Positions 10,013-18,414 of a stretch of 64,000 nucleotides of DNA are shown piece by piece. How positions within the stretch are numbered: position 1 is the first letter of the stretch; the number at the start of each line of letters is the position of its first letter. The stretch comes from Spirochaetia bacterium (GTDB lineage: Bacteria; Spirochaetota; Spirochaetia; DSM-2461): positions 2,144,001 through 2,208,000 of the forward strand of contig CAXXIA010000002.1 of the NCBI GenBank assembly GCA_963666985.2. The letters are read 5' to 3'. A model generated the notes under the pieces. The model was given only the letters and a program-made list of their open reading frames with translations. It was not told the DNA's origin and made no database searches. The position numbers and the translations under genes were made by a program.

Positions 10013-10893
10013 CAGATTTCCACATCCCGTTTTTTAAAGGCCTTTAAGACAATCTGCGTCAAAAGGAGAATAATGACGAAGAACACGAGGGACTTGGCGG
10101 CTCCGAGCCCGTAATTGTTGTTCTGGAACGCTTCTCGGTAGATGTCCAGAGTAACGCTGTAGGTAACGCCCGCCGGGCCGCCTTTGGTGAGGGCCAGAAT
10201 GATGTCGAAGACCTTCAGGGAATTGATCATCGACATCAGTACGCAGGTTGTCAGTGAAGGGATGAGCATCGGCAGGGTGATGCTGAAGAAGCTCCGTAGC
10301 GGTCCCGCTCCGTCCACGACCGCCGCTTCAAGGATATCCGAGGGAATGGACTGCAGGCCGGCGATGTAGAGAACGATATAGAATCCGATGGACTGCCATA
10401 CTCCGACGAAAACCACCGAATAAAAAACCAGATGAATATCGCCCAGCCAGCTCAGATTCAGAAATCCCATTCCCGTAATGGCGAAGAGGTCTTCAAAGCC
10501 CTGGGAAAAAACGAACTGCCAGATAAAACCGACAATGGTCATGCTCATGATGTACGGTATGAAGAATACGGCCCGGAGGATATTGACCGATTTGAGTTTC
10601 TTTACCAAAGCGACGGCCAGAATCAGGGCGAAGATATTCACCAGAATCATGCTTAAGGCCGTGTATTTCCCCGTAAAAATCAGGGCTTTCATGAACGAAC
10701 TGCCGCCGGTGAAGATCTGTTTGAAATTTGAGAACCCAATGAATTCGGGAGTTTTGGCGATGCCGTTCCATTCGGTGAGTGAGTAATAGCCGCTGAGTAC
10801 GAACGGAATATAGATGGTCAGCACCACCATGATGATCGACGGTAGCGTATACAGAACGGTTTCTCTTTTGTATCCGCCGCTTATTTCAGACAT
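10012..10893 (-). CDS. Carbohydrate ABC permease (MalF-type)
   Basis: AGLQSIPSDILEAAVVDGA and LTKGGP motifs. Confidence 0.93.
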   Translation of the reverse strand: MSEISGGYKRETVLYTLPSIIMVVLTIYIPFVLSGYYSLTEWNGIAKTPEFIGFSNFKQIFTGGSSFMKALIFTGKYTALSMILVNIFALILAVALVKKLKSVNILRAVFFIPYIMSMTIVGFIWQFVFSQGFEDLFAITGMGFLNLSWLGDIHLVFYSVVFVGVWQSIGFYIVLYIAGLQSIPSDILEAAVVDGAGPLRSFFSITLPMLIPSLTTCVLMSMINSLKVFDIILALTKGGPAGVTYSVTLDIYREAFQNNNYGLGAAKSLVFFVIILLLTQIVLKAFKKRDVEI

Positions 10894-10916
10894 GGAGTAT
10901 TCGAGCCCTCCCGAGA

Positions 10917-10950
10917 ATGATATACGTACATCATGATGTACGTATATCAT
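10917..10950. promoter_or_regulatory. Tandem LacI-type operator (perfect 34-bp palindrome)
   Basis: ATGATATACGTACATCA|TGATGTACGTATATCAT between the sugar operon and the divergent LacI gene. Confidence 0.75.
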
Positions 10951-11181
10951 ATGGCATATGAGGTGTCAAGAAAAGATCTCCGATGGCGGCAATTCCAATT
11001 TTGAATGAATTCATGCCCGAAGCCCTCCGGCAACGCCCGAAAAGGGTGCAAAAGAGCATTCCGGGCTGTTTTTGGCGGAACATAGCGCCTGTTCAGGCCG
11101 CCCCAAAGCCAAAATCGGAATTGCCGCTCCGATGTTTAAAAACGTGGATAATGCGGGAGAATCTTATATACTGCATGGGTT

Positions 11182-12267
11182 GTGCGGATTACCCAGAAAG
11201 ACATAGCCAGAGATCTCGGATTATCACTGATAACGGTCAGCAGGGCGTTAAACGGATCGGAAAATGTTTCCGAGAAAACCAAAAAAAGAATTCAGGAATA
11301 CGTTAACGATCACAACTATGTTCCGCATAAGGCGTCTCAGGTTCTGGTACGAAACCGCATTCGTCATCTTTCGCTGTTTTCCTCCACGCTGCCGTATTAC
11401 TTCTGGAAGGACATTCGCAAGGGCATCGGCATGGCCGCCGATCAGCTGATTCCGCTGGATTTCCGCGTTAATTACAATCTGATTCCGGATGCGGATACCA
11501 TTGCCTACCTTGAAGTGCTTCGCCAGGAAATAGACCAGGGGGCCGATGCGATAGCGCTTGTCAATCAGCCGATTTACGACATGGATGCCGTCTTCGGCTG
11601 CGTTCGCGATGCCGGAGTGCCCTATATCACCTTTAATGTGGACGCTCCGAATTCCGGAAGACTCTGTTATGTCGGAACGAATTACTATTCCGGAGGAAGA
11701 CTCGCTGCGGAAATCATCGGCCGAACTCTTCGGTTTAAAAAAGAGAGTTCCGTTCTGATTATTACAACGGAAGAATCCAGAGGTACTTCCTCGGAAGAAA
11801 TGCTTCTGAATCTTGATCGCCTGGACGGGTTTATCGATGTGCTGCGAGCCAGGTTTCCTTCGATTCAACCGATAACCCGATGTGTTTCAACCACAATGAA
11901 GCCGCATCATGCCGATGAACACATGGAAAAACTGCTGGGAGAATTCAACACGACGGTGGATGCCGTGTACCTTATTCCCGCCGTAAACGCGATTTTTCTG
12001 GAAGCATTGGAAAAGTTCGGTTATCGGAACGCCGTTGTTATTGTTCACGATCTGGACGAATCGGCCGCGCATTATCTGGATTCCTGCTTACTGACGGCCG
12101 TTATTCACCAAAGCCCGGTTCTGCAGGGGTATTTCGCGGTGAAAACATTGGAGCGCATTGTTGAGATGGGAATCACCGAGCCGATGGATGATGTGAACAT
12201 CGTTCCGAGCGCCATTTTTACGGAGAATCAGGGCGCTTCAACGAACAATTTTTTGATGGATTGGTAA
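11182..12267 (+). CDS. LacI-family transcriptional regulator
   Basis: ITQKDIARDLGLSLITVSRALNG HTH plus sugar-binding domain. Confidence 0.93.
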   Translation: MRITQKDIARDLGLSLITVSRALNGSENVSEKTKKRIQEYVNDHNYVPHKASQVLVRNRIRHLSLFSSTLPYYFWKDIRKGIGMAADQLIPLDFRVNYNLIPDADTIAYLEVLRQEIDQGADAIALVNQPIYDMDAVFGCVRDAGVPYITFNVDAPNSGRLCYVGTNYYSGGRLAAEIIGRTLRFKKESSVLIITTEESRGTSSEEMLLNLDRLDGFIDVLRARFPSIQPITRCVSTTMKPHHADEHMEKLLGEFNTTVDAVYLIPAVNAIFLEALEKFGYRNAVVIVHDLDESAAHYLDSCLLTAVIHQSPVLQGYFAVKTLERIVEMGITEPMDDVNIVPSAIFTENQGASTNNFLMDW

Positions 12268-12337
12268 GTATTCCAGCGGGATTAAATCCTTAAAGCGAAG
12301 TTCTCGGCGGTTCCTTACGGTTTTTATCGTTTTAGGC

Positions 12338-12419
12338 ATGCGTCTTAAAGAATTAAGGCGCTTGAAGCACAGTTAAAGCGCTCTTAACGTACGATTTAAT
12401 CGCGGCGAATTTCATGGCC
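12338..12419. repeat. Degenerate direct-repeat copy of 12639-12720 (gap 3' end plus downstream sequence)
   Basis: Ungapped alignment, 74/82 identical by manual count. Confidence 0.9.
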
Positions 12420-12443
12420 CTACCTCACAGCCTGCGGCTGTGA

Positions 12444-12500
12444 GGCGACCTTCGCCGGCTCGGAAATGTCCGAGCGGAATTGGCCGCTTCTCCCGCTCTC
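12444..12500 (-). repeat. Dispersed intergenic repeat, homologous to 57757-57813
   Basis: Reverse complement aligns ungapped to 57757-57813, 44/57 identical. Confidence 0.75.
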
Positions 12501-12577
12501 TTCAGTCGTACCTATGGTGCGTTCATCGTTCGGCCGTCGGCTATGCGGGTGGAGTCCCTCCACCCTTGCTTCAACAC

Positions 12578-12609
12578 AAAAAAAGGCCCCGAGCCGAAAC
12601 TCGGGGCCT
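12578..12609 (-). terminator. Intrinsic terminator of gap
   Basis: 10-bp stem aggccccgag/ctcggggcct followed by a T tract on the minus strand. Confidence 0.85.
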
Positions 12610-12695
12610 GAAATGCATGTTAAGGATTTAAGGCCTTAATGCGTCTTAAGGAATTAATGCGCTTGAAGCACTGTTAAAGCGCCCTTAACGCACGA

Positions 12696-13721
12696 TTAAA
12701 GAGCGGCGAATTTCATGGCCATCTCGGCCATGCGGGTGGAGTAACCCATTTCATTGTCGTAGAAACTGGTCATCTTCACCTGGGTGTAGGGACCGGCCTC
12801 AACAACCTGAGTATTGCCGGGGATGTACATGGAGCTCCAGTTCTCGCCGACGCAGTCGCGGGAGCATTCGTAGTAGTCGCTCACGTCCAGGATTTTGCCG
12901 GAGGGACTGGCCGCGTTGATCTTCTTGGCGTTCTCGGCCACGGCCTTGTTGATTTCATCCTTGGTGAACTTGCCGTCCAAAAGATACACAACCTCAACCG
13001 CCGAACCGGTGTCGGTGGGAACCCGAAGAGCGGTACCGTTGAGTTTGCCGTTCAGGTGAGGCAGAACCTTGCCGACGGCGATGGCGGCTCCGGTGGAGGC
13101 GGGGATGATGTTGTTCAGGGTGGCGCGGTTTTTGCCGCCGCCGAAGAAGTCCTGCACCCGCTGGGTGGAGGTGGCGGCGTGGGTGGTTACCATCAGACCG
13201 CTGATCACCTTGAAGCTGTCGTCCAGAGCCTTGGTAAGGGGCGCCAGGCAGTTGGTGGTGCAGCTGGCGTTGGAGATGATCTTCTCGCTGGAGAGGGTGT
13301 CGCAGTTCACGCCCATCACCACGGTTTTGGTGTCGTCCTTACAGGGGGCCGAAACGATGACCTTCTTGGCGCCGGCGTTGATGTGGGCCATAGCCTTCTC
13401 GGTGCTCAGGTAGAAGCCGGTGCATTCGAGAACAACGTCGACGTTGTGTTTGCCCCAGGGGATGTTGGCGGCATCTTTTTCGGCGTAAACGGTCACTTTG
13501 TGATCGCCGATCTGGATGGTTTTGTCGTCGATGAGCTTTACGGGTACGGGGAACTTGCCGTGGATGGAATCCTTGGGCAGACTGGCGGCGATCTCGGCGG
13601 CCGAAACGAGGTCGTTTCCGGCGACGATTTCAATCTTGTCGTTGTAAAGTGTGGTGATGACGCGCATGACGTTCTTGCCGATGCGTCCCATGCCGTTGAA
13701 GGCAACTCTAACTTTAGCCAT
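12696..13721 (-). CDS. gap: Type I glyceraldehyde-3-phosphate dehydrogenase
   Basis: NGMGRIG, ECTG, SNASCTTNCLAP, IIPASTGAA, RVPT and YDNEMGY; strong codon bias; AGGAG RBS. Confidence 0.95.
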   Translation of the reverse strand: MAKVRVAFNGMGRIGKNVMRVITTLYNDKIEIVAGNDLVSAAEIAASLPKDSIHGKFPVPVKLIDDKTIQIGDHKVTVYAEKDAANIPWGKHNVDVVLECTGFYLSTEKAMAHINAGAKKVIVSAPCKDDTKTVVMGVNCDTLSSEKIISNASCTTNCLAPLTKALDDSFKVISGLMVTTHAATSTQRVQDFFGGGKNRATLNNIIPASTGAAIAVGKVLPHLNGKLNGTALRVPTDTGSAVEVVYLLDGKFTKDEINKAVAENAKKINAASPSGKILDVSDYYECSRDCVGENWSSMYIPGNTQVVEAGPYTQVKMTSFYDNEMGYSTRMAEMAMKFAAL

Positions 13722-13970
13722 GTAGAATCTCCTTGAAATTTTCTTTGTGGGTTTTTACCGCTTTAATTCTTGCGGATTCGGGAATGCTTTGTCCAATGTG
13801 AATGAATACTTCCCTTCCCGGAATATAAGGATTTTGGGCCGTCGGCTCAAGGTCTGGGGGTGAATTGGCGAAAAAATTACCGAATTTGGTTCTTGGTGAC
13901 CCCCGAAGCGGTCCGGAGTCCGCCGACAGAGGTTCGAATTACAGGTGTTCCCTATTCCGGCGGCAACCGG

Positions 13971-14213
13971 TCAGGCTTGGTATTCGCCGTTCTTCATTCG
14001 GTAGAGGAACACTTGATACGCATCGATCTGTCCTTCGATTTCGGCGTCTTTATGCGCGTTTCTGCCAAACCAGCCCAGCCCTTCGTACACTTTGAGTGAT
14101 TTAAATTCACCCTCGATTTCCGAGAGGGAAAACTCGGGAAGCTTCGAACGTCGTATTAGGCTTTTCAGAGTTCTTTCATAGACTTCGTGTGAATAATCTT
14201 CATATCCCTTCAT
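13971..14213 (-). CDS. Small hypothetical protein
   Basis: 80-aa ORF with protein-like composition; TACACT box just upstream. Confidence 0.65.
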   Translation of the reverse strand: MKGYEDYSHEVYERTLKSLIRRSKLPEFSLSEIEGEFKSLKVYEGLGWFGRNAHKDAEIEGQIDAYQVFLYRMKNGEYQA

Positions 14214-14471
14214 TGCATCCGGAGTGTAGGGGGCTTCCGCGATTCTGGAAAGAGGCGGCGTTCGGCGGCCGCCGGGAGCGAAACGGAGGCGGAAGGAACG
14301 GCGGTAAATGGAAATCCCGCGTATTTAGAAGCTCGTTACGGATCGTTTTCCATTACGGTGGAAATCGGTAAAACCGTTCGAGGCGTAAAGAATCTTCACG
14401 CCGTTTCCGCGTAAGAGACTTAAGATTTTTTTACGATGAGCCCTTAAGCCGAGTTCCTGTATACTGGCGTT

Positions 14472-14873
14472 ATGAGTAAAGAAACAAATCGGCACCGCGG
14501 CGATTCCCGGGAGGATCTTCTGAGGGAGCTGGAAGAATTTGAACGCGAAAGAGAACAGCTTAAGGACGTCTTGGGCAGAATCGGCGGCCGTAATTTTTCA
14601 AAACGGGATACGTGGGTTAATATCGCCTTTCTGATAATCATTCTGACGCTATTCGTTCTGGAACTGACTACGCACTTCATGCCCGTACGAATCTCCCTGG
14701 AGCTCGGTATCCTTCTGGTTTCGGTCAAAATTGTTTTCATGATTCATACCCAGCAGAAGGTGAACCACTTTCAGTTCTGGATTTTGAATTCCATCGAATA
14801 TCGGATCAATCAGATGGCGAAAAAAATAACGTCCGTGGAGCATCATCTGAAAAACGGGGGAGAGAAGTCCTGA
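14472..14873 (+). CDS. Hypothetical membrane protein (coiled coil + 2 TM)
   Basis: Charged helix followed by two hydrophobic helices; TATACT 6 nt before the ATG. Confidence 0.8.
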   Translation: MSKETNRHRGDSREDLLRELEEFEREREQLKDVLGRIGGRNFSKRDTWVNIAFLIIILTLFVLELTTHFMPVRISLELGILLVSVKIVFMIHTQQKVNHFQFWILNSIEYRINQMAKKITSVEHHLKNGGEKS

Positions 14874-14960
14874 TTCGTTAATACGCGGGTTTTTGGGGCC
14901 GCCGTCTGTTCAGGAGACCTAAAAGCGGCCATCCTCGGATTCTTATCGAAGCGCCGCCCA

Positions 14961-15923
14961 TTACATGCCGAGAATCGTACTCCAGATTTTTTCATCCGCG
15001 GGTATGCCGAGCTTTTCGCTTCGGCGGCGTCTTTCCAAAGTTTCTCGCCCCGGATACCGGACGTCTTCTCCCAGACTCGCCGCAACCCTGTCGGCCAGTC
15101 CGGGATAATCGGGAGGTGAGAAGGCCAGAAAGACTTGGGAAACACCGGATTCCCGCGCGGGATTCGGCTCGATATCGCAGGTTGCTTTGCCTCCCGAAAG
15201 AGACGCGGCAACGAGATCGAGCAGGATGGAAAGGCCCGATCCTTTCCAGAAACCTATGGGCAGAGGCCGCATGCTTTCCGCAACGGCAGCCGGGTCCGTG
15301 GTGAGCTTGCCGTAAGAATCGTAGCCGCCGGGAACGGGCAGATGGGAACCTTCCGCGGCATACCGTGAAAGGGCTCCGTAAGAGAACTGTGAAATCGCCA
15401 TGTCCAGAACAATAGGACCGTCTTCGCGGGGAACGGCTATGATAATCGGATTGTTTCCGATGAGCGGCTTGGAAGATCCCCATGGGGGAAGATTCGGCAT
15501 GGTGTTTGTCCAGCAGATACCGATTTTGTTTGATTCCGCGGCCTGCCATCCGTAGTTTCCGCCGCGCATCCAGTGGTTCGTATTCCTCAAACCGACGCAG
15601 CCGACGCCGAATTCCCCGGAGAGTTCCAAGGCGCGCGCCATGCAGGTTCGGGCGTTCAGATTCCCCGGTCCGGACCGCCCGTCCCACTGTTCCAGGGCTC
15701 CGCTTGAATGGACGAGAATCGGTTCCGCCGAGGGAACAAGAAGTCCCTCTTCAATGGCCTGCAGGTAGGAGCCGAATCGGTCCAGTCCGTGGGACAGAAC
15801 CCCGTCCCGGTTGGCGTCGGCGAACAGCCCGGCGGAAATCCGGGCCCGTTTTTCATCAAAACCTCGGCGGACGAGAATACCGGCGAGAACGGAGACGGCT
15901 TCTTCATACGGAATTCGGATCAT
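14961..15923 (-). CDS. yiaK: 3-dehydro-L-gulonate 2-dehydrogenase (Ldh_2 family)
   Basis: DGVLSHG, LRNTNHWMRGGNYGWQAA, WTNT, GNNP and GFWKGSGL motifs. Confidence 0.88.
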   Translation of the reverse strand: MIRIPYEEAVSVLAGILVRRGFDEKRARISAGLFADANRDGVLSHGLDRFGSYLQAIEEGLLVPSAEPILVHSSGALEQWDGRSGPGNLNARTCMARALELSGEFGVGCVGLRNTNHWMRGGNYGWQAAESNKIGICWTNTMPNLPPWGSSKPLIGNNPIIIAVPREDGPIVLDMAISQFSYGALSRYAAEGSHLPVPGGYDSYGKLTTDPAAVAESMRPLPIGFWKGSGLSILLDLVAASLSGGKATCDIEPNPARESGVSQVFLAFSPPDYPGLADRVAASLGEDVRYPGRETLERRRRSEKLGIPADEKIWSTILGM

Positions 15924-16024
15924 AACCGGAGTATAAGCGGAAGTCGGGTTGTGCGCCGCATTTATATCCGCGCCGTCTTAAATCTCCGCGCAAAGTCTCC
16001 GCATTGTTGATGGTTTCGGTCGCC

Positions 16025-17347
16025 CTAGGATCGGCCTTCTTCGTTTTCACTAACGTGTGATTCTCCCCCGGCCGCTTCCGCCGTCTTTCCGTTCGGATTC
16101 TCTTCGTCCGACAAAGCCGCCAGCCGCTCGGAAAGGCTGGGATGGGAGTAGTGCCAGAAACTGTAAGCCCGGTGAGGAGTCAGGTTGCTCAGGTTGTCCC
16201 GGCCCAGGGCCAGAAGCGCCCGGCGCATGGGTTCTGAACCCGAGGTGTTCTCGCGTGCGAAGCGGTCGGCCTGATATTCGTGCCGCCGGGAGTGCATGTT
16301 CACCAGGGGAGAAAGGGGAAAGGAAATCGGTCCCGAAAAGAACGTGAGCCAGAACAGCATGGCATGGAGCGAGGGCTCGGCGAATCCGAAAGCCGTGAAC
16401 AGGGGAATCCAGTGCAGGGCGTATCCGATAACGGCGAACATTGCCAGGCCCGCCCCAAAGGAAACAAAGAGTCCTGTTCGGATATGGCCGTGCTTCCAAT
16501 GACCGATTTCATGCGCCAGAACGGCTTCCAGCTCGTCGTCTTCCAGAGCGCTGATGAGCGTGTCGTAAATCACGATGCGCCGAGATTTTCCGATGCCCGT
16601 GAAGTATGCGTTGGAATGACGGCTGCGGCGGCTGCCGTCCATAACGAAAATTCCCTTGTTGGCGAAACCGCAGCGGTCGGCAAGAGCGGAAAGTCTGTTC
16701 TTCAAATCACCTTCGGGAAGGGGTTCGAACTTGTTGAAAAGAGGCGCGATAAGCACCGGGTAGAGCACCGCCATGACAAGCTGGAAGAGAACCCAAAAGC
16801 CCCAGGCGATCAGCCACCAAAATGCTCCCGCCAGAGACATGGCAAGGTACAAACCGCCCAGCAGCGCCGCCAGAAGAATCGCCCAGAGGACCAATCCTTT
16901 CAGCGAGTCCAGAATCAGCGTTTTAAAGGTTGTTGTGTTGAATCCGAATTCTTCCTCGATAACGAACTGCGAATAGAGTGCCGAAGGAAGTTTAACGAGA
17001 TTCTCAACCGTCATCGCGATGGCCAGAAAGAGAAAGCCGTGCCAATACGCCGGCAAATCCCAGGATTTACAGAGGCCGTCGAGAAGACCGGCGGCCCCGG
17101 TGAAGAGCACCGCCAAGAGAAGAATGCGGTCCTGCATGCCGAGCAGAAGACCGAAGCGGCCCTTGCGCTGCGTGTAATCCACGCTTTTGCGGTAGGTCTT
17201 TTTCTTTATAATCCCGCGGAAGCGTTCCGGGATGCTTCCTCTGTTCCTGAGGGATTCGTTGAGGTTCAGGATATCGAGAATCCAGTCGAGGAAGAAATCG
17301 GCAATAAAGAACGCAAGATAAATAATCAAAACGGTTTGCGGTTTCAT
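16025..17347 (-). CDS. M48 family Ste24-like zinc metalloprotease
   Basis: MDGSRRSRHSNAYFTG, AHEIGH, HEYQAD and YSHP motifs. Confidence 0.93.
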   Translation of the reverse strand: MKPQTVLIIYLAFFIADFFLDWILDILNLNESLRNRGSIPERFRGIIKKKTYRKSVDYTQRKGRFGLLLGMQDRILLLAVLFTGAAGLLDGLCKSWDLPAYWHGFLFLAIAMTVENLVKLPSALYSQFVIEEEFGFNTTTFKTLILDSLKGLVLWAILLAALLGGLYLAMSLAGAFWWLIAWGFWVLFQLVMAVLYPVLIAPLFNKFEPLPEGDLKNRLSALADRCGFANKGIFVMDGSRRSRHSNAYFTGIGKSRRIVIYDTLISALEDDELEAVLAHEIGHWKHGHIRTGLFVSFGAGLAMFAVIGYALHWIPLFTAFGFAEPSLHAMLFWLTFFSGPISFPLSPLVNMHSRRHEYQADRFARENTSGSEPMRRALLALGRDNLSNLTPHRAYSFWHYSHPSLSERLAALSDEENPNGKTAEAAGGESHVSENEEGRS

Positions 17348-17555
17348 GAACTTGGCTCCCGGGCAAACGAGCCCCGCTAATCATCGCCGAAACGTTTTTT
17401 TGGGGGAAGACCCCCTCGGCCTGCGCCGACGATGCCGATTCCCGATCGGCGTCCCGGGTGCGCCGGCCGAGGGGAGGCGCGATGCGAAGACCATGAGTTC
17501 CATCTCAAGCGGCGGTCCCAAGCAATCCGGTCCGGAATGGTCCGGCGCCGTCCGA

Positions 17556-18212
17556 TTACCGGTCGGCGATCAGGAAATCCGCCCGTTCCCTCCCGGGAGT
17601 AATGTATTCACAGTTGAGCCTGTCGTTTCCGTCGGCGCGGGCGCGGGCCTCATCCTCACTCATTCCCCATACTTCCCGATGCCGTTTATAGAGCCGTTCC
17701 ATGGCCGTTTCCAGCGGCGTATCCAGAAACCATGTTTCGGCGAACAACCCCTCCAGTCCCGCCCACTCGCCGTCCCGAAGAAGAGTGTAAATCCCTTCCA
17801 CGAGGATCAGTTTGCACTCCTTCGGAATCATAACGGCATCCTCCACCGGATCTCCGATATGATGTTCGAAGCCCGGCCAGCCGACGGGAGTCTTTCCATA
17901 CGAATCCTTTAATTCCCGGAGTTTGGAAAGAAAGCTCTCGGGATTGAATGTCCAAGGCAATCCGCGGCGGGCAAAGGCCAGTTCCGGATTCTCCATTCGC
18001 CGCAGCTCTTCTTTCGTTCTGTGGAAGCCGTCCATTCCCACAACCATAAATGAAGAAGGACCGAGGATGCTGTTCGCCTTTTCTTCCCATTGCCGGGCAA
18101 CGGTCGTTTTTCCGGATCCCGGATATCCGGCGATGGCCAGAAGCTTCCGGCTTTCGGTTTCTCGGTAAATATCGAGGATTCTTTTCAGGGGCTCTTTGAG
18201 TAATTCGGGCAT
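17556..18212 (-). CDS. P-loop kinase (YggC/uridine/pantothenate kinase-like)
   Basis: AGYPGSGKTT, MDGFH, RRGLPWTF and LVEGIY; start placed at ATG 18212 after TGcTAAAAT. Confidence 0.85.
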   Translation of the reverse strand: MPELLKEPLKRILDIYRETESRKLLAIAGYPGSGKTTVARQWEEKANSILGPSSFMVVGMDGFHRTKEELRRMENPELAFARRGLPWTFNPESFLSKLRELKDSYGKTPVGWPGFEHHIGDPVEDAVMIPKECKLILVEGIYTLLRDGEWAGLEGLFAETWFLDTPLETAMERLYKRHREVWGMSEDEARARADGNDRLNCEYITPGRERADFLIADR

Positions 18213-18340
18213 GGCTGATTTTAGCATTCGAATCCGGAATCGGCTCGCAATTTTTCCGTATTCGCGGATTTTGAACGATACCTCCTTATTGGGACGTCAT
18301 TTATTATAAGTTTTTTCAGGGGAAATGGTTATGTTTTTTC

Positions 18341-18398
18341 TTGACAGCTGGGAAAAGGTGCTGTTAGGTTGAGATTTATTAAGACATAATGACGTCAT
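18341..18398 (+). promoter_or_regulatory. sigma70 promoter plus putative GntR operator
   Basis: TTGACA (18341)...TAGGTT (18365); palindrome ATGACGTCAT at 18389-18398; second GACGTCAT near 18293. Confidence 0.55.
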
Positions 18399-18414
18399 AA
18401 GGTCACGATGTAGC

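Noticed and set aside
12268..12696. tmRNA (ORF ending ...FAAL resembles a tag peptide)
   Set aside because: There are no tRNA-like ends or T-arm; the peptide is simply the GAPDH C-terminus.
12620..12700. Integron attC site (TAAC...TTCAAGC...CTTAA resemblance on the minus strand)
   Set aside because: There is no GTTRRRY core, the spacing is off, and there is no integrase or cassette organisation.
12338..12720. Diversity-generating retroelement template/variable repeat pair
   Set aside because: The 8 mismatches are not confined to adenines on either strand, most of the repeat is non-coding, and no reverse transcriptase is present.
13925..13945. tRNA fragment (GGTTCGAAT)
   Set aside because: There is no T-stem or cloverleaf around it.
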